From Escherichia coli (GTDB lineage Bacteria > Pseudomonadota > Gammaproteobacteria > Enterobacterales > Enterobacteriaceae), in NCBI RefSeq assembly GCF_001677475.2, contig NZ_CP015229.1: 64,000 bases of DNA. One strand, 5' to 3'. Positions 55,501-64,000 of this stretch are shown here, in pieces. Made by a program: the position numbers and the translations under genes. The number at the start of each line of letters is the position of its first letter. Positions within the stretch are counted from its first letter, which is position 1. The notes beneath the pieces are model-generated. The model searched no databases, was not told where the DNA came from, and saw only the letters and a list, made by a program, of their open reading frames with translations.

Positions 55501-56601
55501 TTATCGCTCGTCGCGACGACCACCCACAGCAGCCCAGATACGGCGGACGTGCACCGTCACTTCTTCGCGATCGTGATACAACTGCCGCGCCTGAATCTGA
55601 GCATTTATGCCATGTTCATCAAGCTGTGCCTGAATATACGCCAGATTGTGTGACACTTCTTCATAGCGTTTTTTCATCGGCAGTTTGAGGTTGAAAATGG
55701 TTTCACGGCACCAGCCATTAACCAGCCACTGCGCCATCAATGCCGCAACTTTCGCCGGTTTTTCAACCATATCGCATACCATCCAGGAGATATTGCTGCG
55801 TGTCGGACGGAATTTGAAACCGTCTTCCCGCAGCCACGTCACCTGCCCGGTATCCATCAGACTTTGCGCCATCGGGCCGTTGTCGACGGAATAAACCCAC
55901 ATGTTGCGCTTTACCAGTTGGTAGGTCCAGCCGCCTGGGCAAGCGCCCAAATCCACCGCCCACATCCCGTTCGCCAGGCGTTCATCCCACTCATCCACAG
56001 GAATAAACACATGAAATGCCTCTTCCAGTTTGAGCGTGGAACGACTCGGCGCATCTGCCGGAAATTTCAGGCGCGGAATGCCCATATAGAACGGCGAATT
56101 ATTGTTGCTGTATGAGTAACCGGTATAGCAGCAACCTGGGGCAATAAAGAATACATGCACAACCGGACGCTTCGGCGTTTCATAGTTCGCCAGCACCCCG
56201 GCATCGCGCAAGGCAGCGCGTAGCGGCACGGTGAATTTACGGCAGAATTTCAGCAACTCTTTGCTTTCGTTGGTATCGGCAACTTCAACACGCAGTTCAC
56301 CGCCCTTCTCTACTACACCCTGTAACATGCCGACAATGGGGGTAATACGATCTTCTGGCGGCAAATGCTGCAGGAGTTCCCCCACCACAAACCACTGGCG
56401 GGCAAAAATTAATGAACTGAACGGCAGCTCACGGATTAACTTATCGCCATCATCAGGTTGATAACATTCATAAATGACATAACCCGCATTCTCTTTCACG
56501 CGGGCAAAACCGAAAATTTCCCGCTGGCCGGCTTTATCGGTAATTTCTGCGGCGCACTCTTTTTCAAAGCCCGGACGGCACAGCAATACAACCTTATTCA
56601 T
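55501..56601 (-). CDS. rlmM: 23S rRNA 2'-O-ribose C2498 methyltransferase
   Basis: 366-aa [45 protein letters not shown]... Confidence 0.94.
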   Translation of the reverse strand: MNKVVLLCRPGFEKECAAEITDKAGQREIFGFARVKENAGYVIYECYQPDDGDKLIRELPFSSLIFARQWFVVGELLQHLPPEDRITPIVGMLQGVVEKGGELRVEVADTNESKELLKFCRKFTVPLRAALRDAGVLANYETPKRPVVHVFFIAPGCCYTGYSYSNNNSPFYMGIPRLKFPADAPSRSTLKLEEAFHVFIPVDEWDERLANGMWAVDLGACPGGWTYQLVKRNMWVYSVDNGPMAQSLMDTGQVTWLREDGFKFRPTRSNISWMVCDMVEKPAKVAALMAQWLVNGWCRETIFNLKLPMKKRYEEVSHNLAYIQAQLDEHGINAQIQARQLYHDREEVTVHVRRIWAAVGGRRDER

Positions 56602-56989
56602 GACTTACGCCCTTGCGCTTTAAACGGATAGCACCAACTAACATTAACGCCCAGCCCGCAAGGAAGCTCACGCCGCCAACCGGAGTGACAAACGCCCACA
56701 AACGCAGATGGGACAGTGCCAGGCAATAAAGGCTGCCGCTGAACAGCACCGTGCCTAACGCGAGGAAAACGCTACTCCAGTAAAACCAGATACTGATGCG
56801 ACGCTGCATTGCCACCGCCAGACCTAAGATCGCCAGCGTATGAAACGCCTGGTATTCGAGACCGGTCTGGATCCAGCCCATCTCAACGGCCCCCATGGTT
56901 TTACTTAACACATGCGCGCCAAAAGCGCCCAGTGCCACAAAAATGAAGCCGCTAATGGCGGCGAAAATCAGCATAAAACGGCTGGTCAT
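56594..56989 (-). CDS. ygdD: DUF423 inner-membrane protein
   Basis: 131-aa hydrophobic [31 protein letters not shown]...; overlaps the rlmM start by 8 nt. Confidence 0.9.
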   Translation of the reverse strand: MTSRFMLIFAAISGFIFVALGAFGAHVLSKTMGAVEMGWIQTGLEYQAFHTLAILGLAVAMQRRISIWFYWSSVFLALGTVLFSGSLYCLALSHLRLWAFVTPVGGVSFLAGWALMLVGAIRLKRKGVSHE

Positions 56990-57007
56990 GGTCGTACCCT
57001 ACGTAAA

Positions 57008-57925
57008 TTATTGTTCATAACGAAAGCGGAATTTTTCTTGTTCAGCAGCGGCTTTCGCCAGGATCCATTGACGAAAGGCGGCTATTTTACCCAGTTCTGC
57101 CTGGCTGTCATGACAAACCAGATAAAAAGCGTTTTTACTGACCAGAACATCATTAAACGGGCAAACAAGACGTCCGGCCTCGATTTCAGATTGCGCCATC
57201 ACGTTATTTGCCAGCGCCACTCCCTGCCCGTGGATAGCCGCTTGCAGCACCATGGCGCTATGGCTAAAAATTGGCCCTTGCTGAACGTTGATATGATTTA
57301 ACCCCAATTGGCGAGTATATGTCTGCCAGTCACGGCGTGACGCATCATGTAATAACGTATGTTTAGCCAGATCTTCCGGGGTCTTCAAGGGTTTTTCGCC
57401 AGTCAGCAGTAGCGGCGAACACACCGGCAATAAATATTCGGCGTACAGTTTTTCCACCCGTAGCCCCGGCCAGTTGCCCCGACCATAAAATATCGCCACA
57501 TCAACATCATCCGCCAGCTTATCTTCCTGACGATCAACCGCCTGGATTCGAACGTCAATTCCCGGATAAGCTGAATTAAAGCTGGAAAGTCGCGGAACCA
57601 ACCAATGAATGGCGAAACTGGGGAGTAAACTGACCGTCAACGCCCCCTTGGCGCTACGGGCCTGGAGTTTACGCGTCGCTTCGGTTAATTGCGAAAATAT
57701 CTCTTTGATATCGAGGAAATAGCTTTGACCTTCCTCGGTCAGCAGGAGTGAACGATTACGGCGGCGGAACAGTTTTAGCCCCAGAAAATCCTCAAGAGAC
57801 TTGATTTGATGACTTACTGCGGCCTGGGTCACAAAAAGCTCTTCTGCTGCGCGAGTGAAACTTAAATGGCGTGCTGCGGCATCAAAAACTCGTAAGGCAT
57901 TTAGCGGTGGTAATCGTTTAGACAT
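57008..57925 (-). CDS. gcvA: LysR-type regulator of the glycine cleavage system
   Basis: 305-aa ORF MSKRLPPLNALRVFDAAARHLSFTRAAEELFVTQAAVSHQIKSLEDFLGLKLF... Confidence 0.96.
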   Translation of the reverse strand: MSKRLPPLNALRVFDAAARHLSFTRAAEELFVTQAAVSHQIKSLEDFLGLKLFRRRNRSLLLTEEGQSYFLDIKEIFSQLTEATRKLQARSAKGALTVSLLPSFAIHWLVPRLSSFNSAYPGIDVRIQAVDRQEDKLADDVDVAIFYGRGNWPGLRVEKLYAEYLLPVCSPLLLTGEKPLKTPEDLAKHTLLHDASRRDWQTYTRQLGLNHINVQQGPIFSHSAMVLQAAIHGQGVALANNVMAQSEIEAGRLVCPFNDVLVSKNAFYLVCHDSQAELGKIAAFRQWILAKAAAEQEKFRFRYEQ

Positions 57926-58053
57926 GGCTTTTAAACTTTGATGTTAAATGAATTTAACAATTAGATCACACTGTGTAACCTATTAGTTTTTTTAATCTGA
58001 GCCATTATAAATTGTCCGTTGAGCTTCTACCAGCAAATACCTATAGTGGCGGC

Positions 58054-58259
58054 ACTTCCTGAGCCGGAACGAAAAGTTTTATCGGAATGCGTGTTCTGGT
58101 GAACTTTTGGCTTACGGTTGTGATGTTGTGTTGTTGTGTTTGCAATTGGTCTGCGATTCAGACCATGGTAGCAAAGCTACCTTTTTTCACTTCCTGTACA
58201 TTTACCCTGTCTGTCCATAGTGATTAATGTAGCACCGCCTAATTGCGGTGCTTTTTTTT
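58054..58259 (+). ncRNA. gcvB: GcvB regulatory sRNA
   Basis: Begins ACTTCCTGAGCCGGAACGAAAAGTTTTATCGG 7 nt after a TATAGT -10 (58042-58047), contains the G/U-rich region GTTGTGATGTTGTGTTGTTGTGTTTGC, ends with hairpin CACCGC-CTAATT-GCGGTG plus T8; divergent from gcvA as in E. coli. Confidence 0.92.
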
Positions 58260-58275
58260 ACCTTGCGATCGCGAA

Positions 58276-58503
58276 TTACTGATCCAGTTCGACCATCTCT
58301 TTCACGTCGGTACGGTTGATCTGCTGTTTGTTGCCATTAGCGTCTTTATACGAAATCATACCGGTATCGTTATCAGTCTGTGGTTTGCCGTCAGAGACGA
58401 TGGTACGTCCGTCATTGGTGTGCATCACATAGTTCGAACCGGAACAGGCGCTCAGGGCAAAAGTCAGCATACAGGCAGAAATAATTGCGGCAGTCTTTTT
58501 CAT
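58276..58503 (-). CDS. ygdI: DUF903 lipoprotein
   Basis: 75-aa frame [22 protein letters not shown]... (lipobox LSAC); AGGAG 6 nt upstream of the second ATG. Confidence 0.9.
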   Translation of the reverse strand: MKKTAAIISACMLTFALSACSGSNYVMHTNDGRTIVSDGKPQTDNDTGMISYKDANGNKQQINRTDVKEMVELDQ

Positions 58504-58694
58504 CATCTTCTCCTTAAAGCGATTAATAAATCTTAATAGTATTGATTAACAGGCTAAAATTAACGCCTAACACTATTCAGCATATGTTACTGACGCGGCT
58601 TCGCCAGGATATCCAGATAATTCTGATGGTTAGCACCCTCCTTGTATCAAAGTGAATTTTGCGTCACGATCGGTGCATCAAGCCGAGGAGTACC

Positions 58695-59900
58695 ATGAAC
58701 GTTTTTAATCCCGCGCAGTTTCGCGCCCAGTTTCCCGCGCTACAGGATGCGGGCGTCTATCTCGACAGCGCCGCGACCGCGCTTAAACCTGAAGCCGTGG
58801 TTGAAGCCACCCGACAGTTTTATAGCCTGAGCGCCGGAAACGTCCATCGCAGCCAGTTTGCCGAAGCCCAACGCCTGACCGCGCGTTATGAAGCTGCGCG
58901 GGAAAAAGTGGCACAATTACTGAATGCATCAGATGACAAAAATATCGTCTGGACGCGCGGCACCACTGAATCCATCAACATGGTGGCACAATGCTATGCG
59001 CGTCCGCGTCTGCAACCGGGCGATGAGATTATTGTCAGCGTGGCAGAACACCACGCCAACCTCGTCCCCTGGCTGATGGTCGCCCAACAAACCGGAGCCA
59101 AAGTGGTGAAGTTGCCGCTTAATGCGCAGCGTCTGCCAGATGTCGATTTGTTACCAGAGCTGATTACTCCCCGTAGCCGGATTCTGGCGTTGGGCCAGAT
59201 GTCGAACGTCACTGGCGGCTGCCCGGATCTGGCGCGAGCGATTACCTTTGCCCATTCAGCCGGGATGGTGGTGATGGTTGATGGTGCTCAGGGGGCAGTG
59301 CATTTCCCCGCGGATGTTCAGCAACTGGATATTGATTTCTATGCTTTTTCAGGTCACAAACTGTATGGCCCGACAGGGATAGGCGTGCTGTATGGCAAAT
59401 CAGAACTGCTGGAAGCGATGTCGCCCTGGCTGGGCGGCGGCAAAATGGTTCACGAAGTGAGTTTTGACGGCTTCACTACTCAATCTGCGCCGTGGAAACT
59501 GGAAGCTGGAACGCCAAATGTCGCTGGTGTCATAGGATTAAGCGCGGCGCTGGAATGGCTGGCAGATTACGATATCAACCAGGCCGAAAGCTGGAGCCGT
59601 AGCTTAGCAACGCTGGCGGAAGATGCGCTGGCGAAACGTCCCGGCTTTCGTTCATTCCGCTGCCAGGATTCCAGCCTGCTGGCCTTTGATTTTGCTGGCG
59701 TTCATCACAGCGATATGGTGACGCTGCTGGCGGAGTACGGTATTGCCCTGCGGGCCGGGCAGCATTGCGCTCAGCCGCTACTGGCAGAATTAGGCGTAAC
59801 CGGCACACTGCGCGCCTCTTTTGCGCCATATAATACAAAGAGTGATGTGGATGCGCTGGTGAATGCCGTTGACCGCGCGCTGGAATTATTGGTGGATTAA
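58695..59900 (+). CDS. csdA: cysteine desulfurase (sulfur-transfer) CsdA
   Basis: 401-aa frame [35 protein letters not shown]... (PLP-dependent class V); ORF-track start 58659 is an extension. Confidence 0.95.
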   Translation: MNVFNPAQFRAQFPALQDAGVYLDSAATALKPEAVVEATRQFYSLSAGNVHRSQFAEAQRLTARYEAAREKVAQLLNASDDKNIVWTRGTTESINMVAQCYARPRLQPGDEIIVSVAEHHANLVPWLMVAQQTGAKVVKLPLNAQRLPDVDLLPELITPRSRILALGQMSNVTGGCPDLARAITFAHSAGMVVMVDGAQGAVHFPADVQQLDIDFYAFSGHKLYGPTGIGVLYGKSELLEAMSPWLGGGKMVHEVSFDGFTTQSAPWKLEAGTPNVAGVIGLSAALEWLADYDINQAESWSRSLATLAEDALAKRPGFRSFRCQDSSLLAFDFAGVHHSDMVTLLAEYGIALRAGQHCAQPLLAELGVTGTLRASFAPYNTKSDVDALVNAVDRALELLVD

Positions 59901-60343
59901 TGACGAACCCGCAATTCGCCGGACATCCGTTCGGCACAACCGTAACCGCAGAAACGTTACGCAATACCTTCGCACCGTTGACGCAATGGGAAGATAAATA
60001 TCGCCAGTTGATCATGCTGGGGAAACAGCTTCCGGCTTTGCCAGACGAGTTAAAAGCGCAGGCTAAAGAGATTGCCGGATGCGAAAACCGCGTCTGGCTG
60101 GGATATACCGTGGCTGAAAACGGTAAAATGCACTTCTTTGGCGACAGCGAAGGGCGCATTGTGCGCGGCCTGCTGGCGGTGTTGTTGACTGCCGTTGAGG
60201 GGAAAACCGCCACCGAGTTGCAGGCACAGTCACCGCTGGCATTGTTTGATGAGCTGGGATTACGTGCGCAACTTAGCGCCTCACGCAGCCAGGGGTTGAA
60301 TGCGTTAAGCGAGGCGATTATCGCTGCGGCGAAGCAGGTTTAA
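59900..60343 (+). CDS. csdE: sulfur acceptor protein CsdE
   Basis: 147-aa [46 protein letters not shown]...; start overlaps the csdA stop (TAATG). Confidence 0.95.
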   Translation: MTNPQFAGHPFGTTVTAETLRNTFAPLTQWEDKYRQLIMLGKQLPALPDELKAQAKEIAGCENRVWLGYTVAENGKMHFFGDSEGRIVRGLLAVLLTAVEGKTATELQAQSPLALFDELGLRAQLSASRSQGLNALSEAIIAAAKQV

Positions 60344-60355
60344 GCACAGAACCGG

Positions 60356-60385
60356 GTCGGATAAGACGTTTGCGTCGCATCCGAC
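60356..60385. repeat. REP element between csdE and tcdA
   Basis: GTCGGATAAGACGTTTGCGTCGCATCCGAC palindrome. Confidence 0.65.
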
Positions 60386-60393
60386 CTGATTGT

Positions 60394-61200
60394 TTACCCC
60401 TGACGCGCCGCTTTCGCCATCATCTTCTTCAGCGCATGAGAAACCGCAACAAAACCAAAGGTGGCGGTCACCATCGTCGCGGCACCAAAGCCAGATGCAC
60501 AATCCATCCGCTTTGGCCCTTCTGCCGTGGCTTTCATCGCACACACCGTACCGTCTGACTGCGGATACACCAATGCTTCGGTAGAGAACACGCAATCCAC
60601 ACCGAGCTTACCTTTACTGTTTTTCACTACGCCAAAATCGCTTTTCAGGCGCTCGCGCAACTTCGCCGCCAACGGGTCCTGAATCGTTTTCGCCAGATCG
60701 GTAACCTGAATCTGCGTCGGGTCAATCTGCCCACCAGCGCCACCAGTCGTGACCAGCGGGATTTTATTGCGCCGACAATAAGCAATCAGCGCCGCTTTGG
60801 GCCGTACACTATCAATAGCATCAATCACGTACGAATAACCGGCATTCATATATTGCGCTACGTTATCCGGCGTCACGAAGTCATCCACCACCGTTACACG
60901 GCACTCCGGGTTAATCTGGCGAATACGCTCCGCCATTACTTCCGCTTTTGCCAGCCCGACGTTATCGCGCAGAGCGTGAATTTGCCGATTGGTATTGGTG
61001 ACGCACACATCATCCATATCGATAAGCGTGATTGCGCCAATCCCCGTGCGCGCTAGCGCTTCCGCCGCCCAGGAACCGACACCGCCAATACCCACCACAC
61101 AAATATGCGCGTCAGCAAACAGTTGCAATGCTTTTTCACCATACAGACGCGCTGTGCCACCAAAACGCTGACGCCATGCATCACTAATTACCACAGACAT
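60394..61200 (-). CDS. tcdA: tRNA threonylcarbamoyladenosine dehydratase (E1-like)
   Basis: 268-aa ORF MSVVISDAWRQRFGGTARLYGEKALQLFADAHICVVGIGGVGSWAAEALAR... (ThiF/MoeB-type GxGxxG). Confidence 0.94.
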   Translation of the reverse strand: MSVVISDAWRQRFGGTARLYGEKALQLFADAHICVVGIGGVGSWAAEALARTGIGAITLIDMDDVCVTNTNRQIHALRDNVGLAKAEVMAERIRQINPECRVTVVDDFVTPDNVAQYMNAGYSYVIDAIDSVRPKAALIAYCRRNKIPLVTTGGAGGQIDPTQIQVTDLAKTIQDPLAAKLRERLKSDFGVVKNSKGKLGVDCVFSTEALVYPQSDGTVCAMKATAEGPKRMDCASGFGAATMVTATFGFVAVSHALKKMMAKAARQG

Positions 61201-61223
61201 AGCACCTCAGAATTAAAAAGGGC

Positions 61224-61403
61224 GAGGTTATCCCTCACCCTAAACGCATAAATGCCTGATGCGCTACGCTTATCAGGCCTACATAACTCCTGCAATATTT
61301 TGGATTTGCATGAGTTGTAGGCCGGATAAGGCGTTCACGCCGCATCCGGCATGAACCACGCGCACTTAGTCAATAATCAGGATGAGAGGTTATCCCTCAC
61401 CCT
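61224..61403. repeat. BIME (two REP palindromes) flanked by perfect 18-bp direct repeats
   Basis: Direct repeats GAGGTTATCCCTCACCCT at 61224-61241 and 61386-61403; between them REP GCCTGATGCGCTACGCTTATCAGGCCTACA (61254-61283) and REP TAGGCCGGATAAGGCGTTCACGCCGCATCCGGC (61318-61350). Confidence 0.75.
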
Positions 61404-61438
61404 GTCGTATCCGTCAAAACGGTATACAGAATATCACA

Positions 61439-62536
61439 TCAGCCGCTAAAGACGTTACCTGCGCCCGGGGCGGTTTTCAGCACCCAGACACGTCCATAGT
61501 GGTTGTACCAACCTGCGCGGTGTCCGGCTTCCGGCCCGATCCCTTGATAGATATCGAAGTGTTGGCCTTTGATTGCGCCACCGACATCCAGCGCCACCAT
61601 CAGACGCAATTCGTACTGACCGTTAAATTTGCCGTTATTATCCAGCAGCGGCACTTCTGCCAGCAAGGTAGTACCTGGCGGAATAATTGAACGATCAGAG
61701 GCAACAGAAGCACGGCCAACCAGCGGCACCGCACTTGCCCCTTTCACCGGTGCAAAAGATTGCGGTTTAAAGAAGACGAAAGACGGGTTCTGTTCAAGCA
61801 GCTCGCGAACCTCGGCTTCACTGTGTGTTTCGCCCCAGTGACGAATCGCCTGCATCGACATATCTTCTTTTTTCACTTCGCCACGGTCGATCAGCACCTT
61901 ACCAATGCTGCGATAGGCATGACCGTTTTTCCCTGCATAGCTGAAAAAGTTAAGCGGACTGCCATCACCAAAGTCGATATACCCGCTACCCTGCACATCC
62001 ATAATGAAGTTATCCATCAGGGAGTTACTGTAAGCGAGAATATATTTATCACTCAGCGCTCCTGCGTAGATCTCCGCACGAGACGGCAGACGACCACGTT
62101 TTTGCGGCATACGGTAAATCGGATACTGGAACTCGCCCTGGCGGGTATGGCGTGCCTGAATTACCGGCGTGTAATAGCCTGTAAACTGCACGTTACCATA
62201 GTTGTCGGCACCTTCCATCTGCCAGGCATCAATGCCGAACTGGCGCATATTGCGGGTATCACCGCCTGCGCGCAGCCACTCTTGCACCGCGTTATAAACA
62301 TTACTCTGGTTGCCATACAGACGCGGTGACGAATTACGGATATGGTTAATTTGCTCGGCAAAATCACCGGCGTTAATCGGCGCGCCAACGGCATCTGGCT
62401 GGTTCACCAGAGAGAAAGGCTGGGTAAATTTCCCGTCTTTATATTGCTGTCCGCGATCGGTTGGTTTGGAAGAGCAGGCGGCAAGCATTGCCACAACCGT
62501 GCCCATAAGAAGGTACTTTACCCAACGTCCTTTCAT
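61439..62536 (-). CDS. mltA: membrane-bound lytic murein transglycosylase A
   Basis: 365-aa frame MKGRWVKYLLMGTVVAMLAACSSKPTDRG... (lipobox LAAC); ORF-track extension to 62818 reads antisense through the tRNA genes and is rejected. Confidence 0.95.
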   Translation of the reverse strand: MKGRWVKYLLMGTVVAMLAACSSKPTDRGQQYKDGKFTQPFSLVNQPDAVGAPINAGDFAEQINHIRNSSPRLYGNQSNVYNAVQEWLRAGGDTRNMRQFGIDAWQMEGADNYGNVQFTGYYTPVIQARHTRQGEFQYPIYRMPQKRGRLPSRAEIYAGALSDKYILAYSNSLMDNFIMDVQGSGYIDFGDGSPLNFFSYAGKNGHAYRSIGKVLIDRGEVKKEDMSMQAIRHWGETHSEAEVRELLEQNPSFVFFKPQSFAPVKGASAVPLVGRASVASDRSIIPPGTTLLAEVPLLDNNGKFNGQYELRLMVALDVGGAIKGQHFDIYQGIGPEAGHRAGWYNHYGRVWVLKTAPGAGNVFSG

Positions 62537-62689
62537 TGTTCTCTTCTTCAGGTTAAAAAATAAGGCGCAACGAAGATAACAAACCGCCGCGTTTAATGAA
62601 ATGAGCAGCCTCTCCCTGACGCAAATTTTGCACAAAAAATAGGCTTTAGTGATTTGTTTTTGTTCAAAATCATGCCAAATCCGTGATCG

Positions 62690-62740
62690 GGGTAAAAAAA
62701 AGGTTGCATGAAAACGCGAGCGGAGTATAGTGCGCATCCA
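62690..62740 (+). promoter_or_regulatory. Promoter of the tRNA-fMet (metZWV) operon
   Basis: TTGCAT (62704-62709), 16-nt spacer, TATAGT (62726-62731), GC-rich discriminator, upstream A-tract; mature tRNA 5' end at 62745. Confidence 0.6.
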
Positions 62741-62744
62741 CGGA

Positions 62745-62821
<77 letters not shown>

Positions 62822-62854
62822 ATTAAAATTTGATGAAGTAAAGCAGTACGGTGA

Positions 62855-62931
<77 letters not shown>

Positions 62932-62965
62932 ATCAAAATTTGATGAAGTAAAAGCAGTACGGTGA

Positions 62966-63042
<77 letters not shown>

Positions 63043-63050
63043 ATTATTGA

Positions 63051-63073
63051 ACACCCTGACGGGTGTTTTTTTG
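63051..63073 (+). terminator. Intrinsic terminator of the tRNA-fMet operon
   Basis: ACACCC-TGAC-GGGTGT followed by T7. Confidence 0.85.
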
Positions 63074-63088
63074 TTTCTGCTCTCCCAT

Positions 63089-63116
63089 AAAAAAGGCGCC
63101 ATTCAGCGCCTTTTTA
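63089..63116. terminator. Bidirectional terminator hairpin between metV and amiC
   Basis: A6-GGCGC-CATTCA-GCGCC-T5, immediately 3' of the amiC stop at 63117. Confidence 0.7.
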
Positions 63117-64000
63117 TCATCCCCTTCTCGCCAGCGTCGCCCCATCGGCAAAATACGCTTTAATCCCCGCAAGAATAGACTCCGCAACTTCCTGCTGGAA
63201 AGTCGCCGTTTTCAGTTTACGCTCTTCCTCAACGTTACTGATAAACGCCGTTTCGACCAGAATGGAGGGAATATCTGGTGCCTTTAGTACGGCAAACCCG
63301 GCCTGTTCAACCTGATTTTTATGCAGCTTGTTGATTTTACCGAGCTTATTCAGCACCGCTTTACCAAACTTAAGGCTGTCGGCAATGGTCAGCGACTGCA
63401 CCATATCGAACATGGTGTGGTCGACATAGCGGTCACCGCTTTTGCTCACGCCACCAATCAAGTCCGAGGCGTTCTGGGTCTGTGCCAGATATTTTGCCGC
63501 AGTACTGGTTGCGCCTTTGGTTGAGAGCGCAAACACTGAGGAACCGCTCGGCTGGCGACTGGTAAAGGCGTCTGCATGGATAGAGACAAACAGGTCGGCA
63601 CGCTGTTTCTGGGCTTTTGCTACGCGCACTTGCAACGGAATGAAGATGTCTTCATTGCGCGTCATGTACACCTTCATATTGCCCTCTTTCTCGATCAGAG
63701 AGCGCAAACGGCGAGCTATTTGCAATACCACGTCTTTTTCGCGCGTTTTGTATTTCCCCACCGCACCGGAGTCTTCGCCGCCGTGGCCAGGGTCAAGCAT
63801 AATAACAATCGGACGATCGCGCCCTGCTTTACCCGGTTGTGGACCACTTTGTGCTGGCGGCACCTGCTTTTCGAGGTCGCCTTTGTTGTAATCCTCCAGC
63901 AGCGCCAGCAGCGGGTCCTGCATATCCTGTGCATTGGCCGGATAGAGGTCCATCACCAGACGCTCTTTAAACCCGGCGACCGGCGCAAGGGCAAACAGCT
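63117..64000 (-). CDS. amiC: N-acetylmuramoyl-L-alanine amidase AmiC (C-terminal part; N-terminus outside window)
   Basis: Frame open from the window edge to stop at 63117; encodes the Amidase_3 catalytic region ...[19 protein letters not shown]...FVSIHADAF... ending ...[16 protein letters not shown]. Confidence 0.93.

Overview
This window is an Enterobacteriaceae chromosomal segment, collinear by gene content with the Escherichia coli K-12 cas3-cysJIH to amiC region (synteny and gene names are from memory, not from a database search). Gene order: cas3 (partial, minus strand) | cysH-cysI-cysJ | queD | ygcN-ygcO-ygcP | ygcQ-ygcR-ygcS-ygcU-ygcW (minus) | yqcE-ygcE | an orphan 14-repeat type I-E-like CRISPR array | queE | ygcG | eno | pyrG | mazG-mazF-mazE | relA | rlmD | barA | gudD-gudX-gudP | yqcA-truC-yqcC | csrB sRNA | syd | queF | ppnN | sdaC-sdaB | xni | fucO-fucA / fucP-fucI-fucK-fucU-fucR | rlmM-ygdD | gcvA / gcvB sRNA | ygdI | csdA-csdE | tcdA | mltA | three tandem initiator tRNA-Met genes | amiC (partial). 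Most of it is well-characterised core genome. The best candidate for an undescribed system is the ygc cluster at 8.2-18.9 kb: a kinase, an FAD-linked oxidase, an ETF/ETF-QO/ferredoxin set, an SDR, two MFS transporters and a GlpP-family antiterminator. I found two sequence-related intrinsic terminators sitting in the 5' leaders of the two divergent operons (upstream of ygcW and of yqcE), which is the signature of antitermination control. Other items worth a second look are the orphan CRISPR array with a variant repeat, a cas3 allele that differs from the K-12 sequence as I recall it, palindromes in the cas3-cysH spacer, small ORFs upstream of ygcG, and a BIME flanked by 18-bp direct repeats. 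Gene starts were refined by eye, because the ORF track uses the longest ATG/GTG/TTG extension; nothing was searched against databases.
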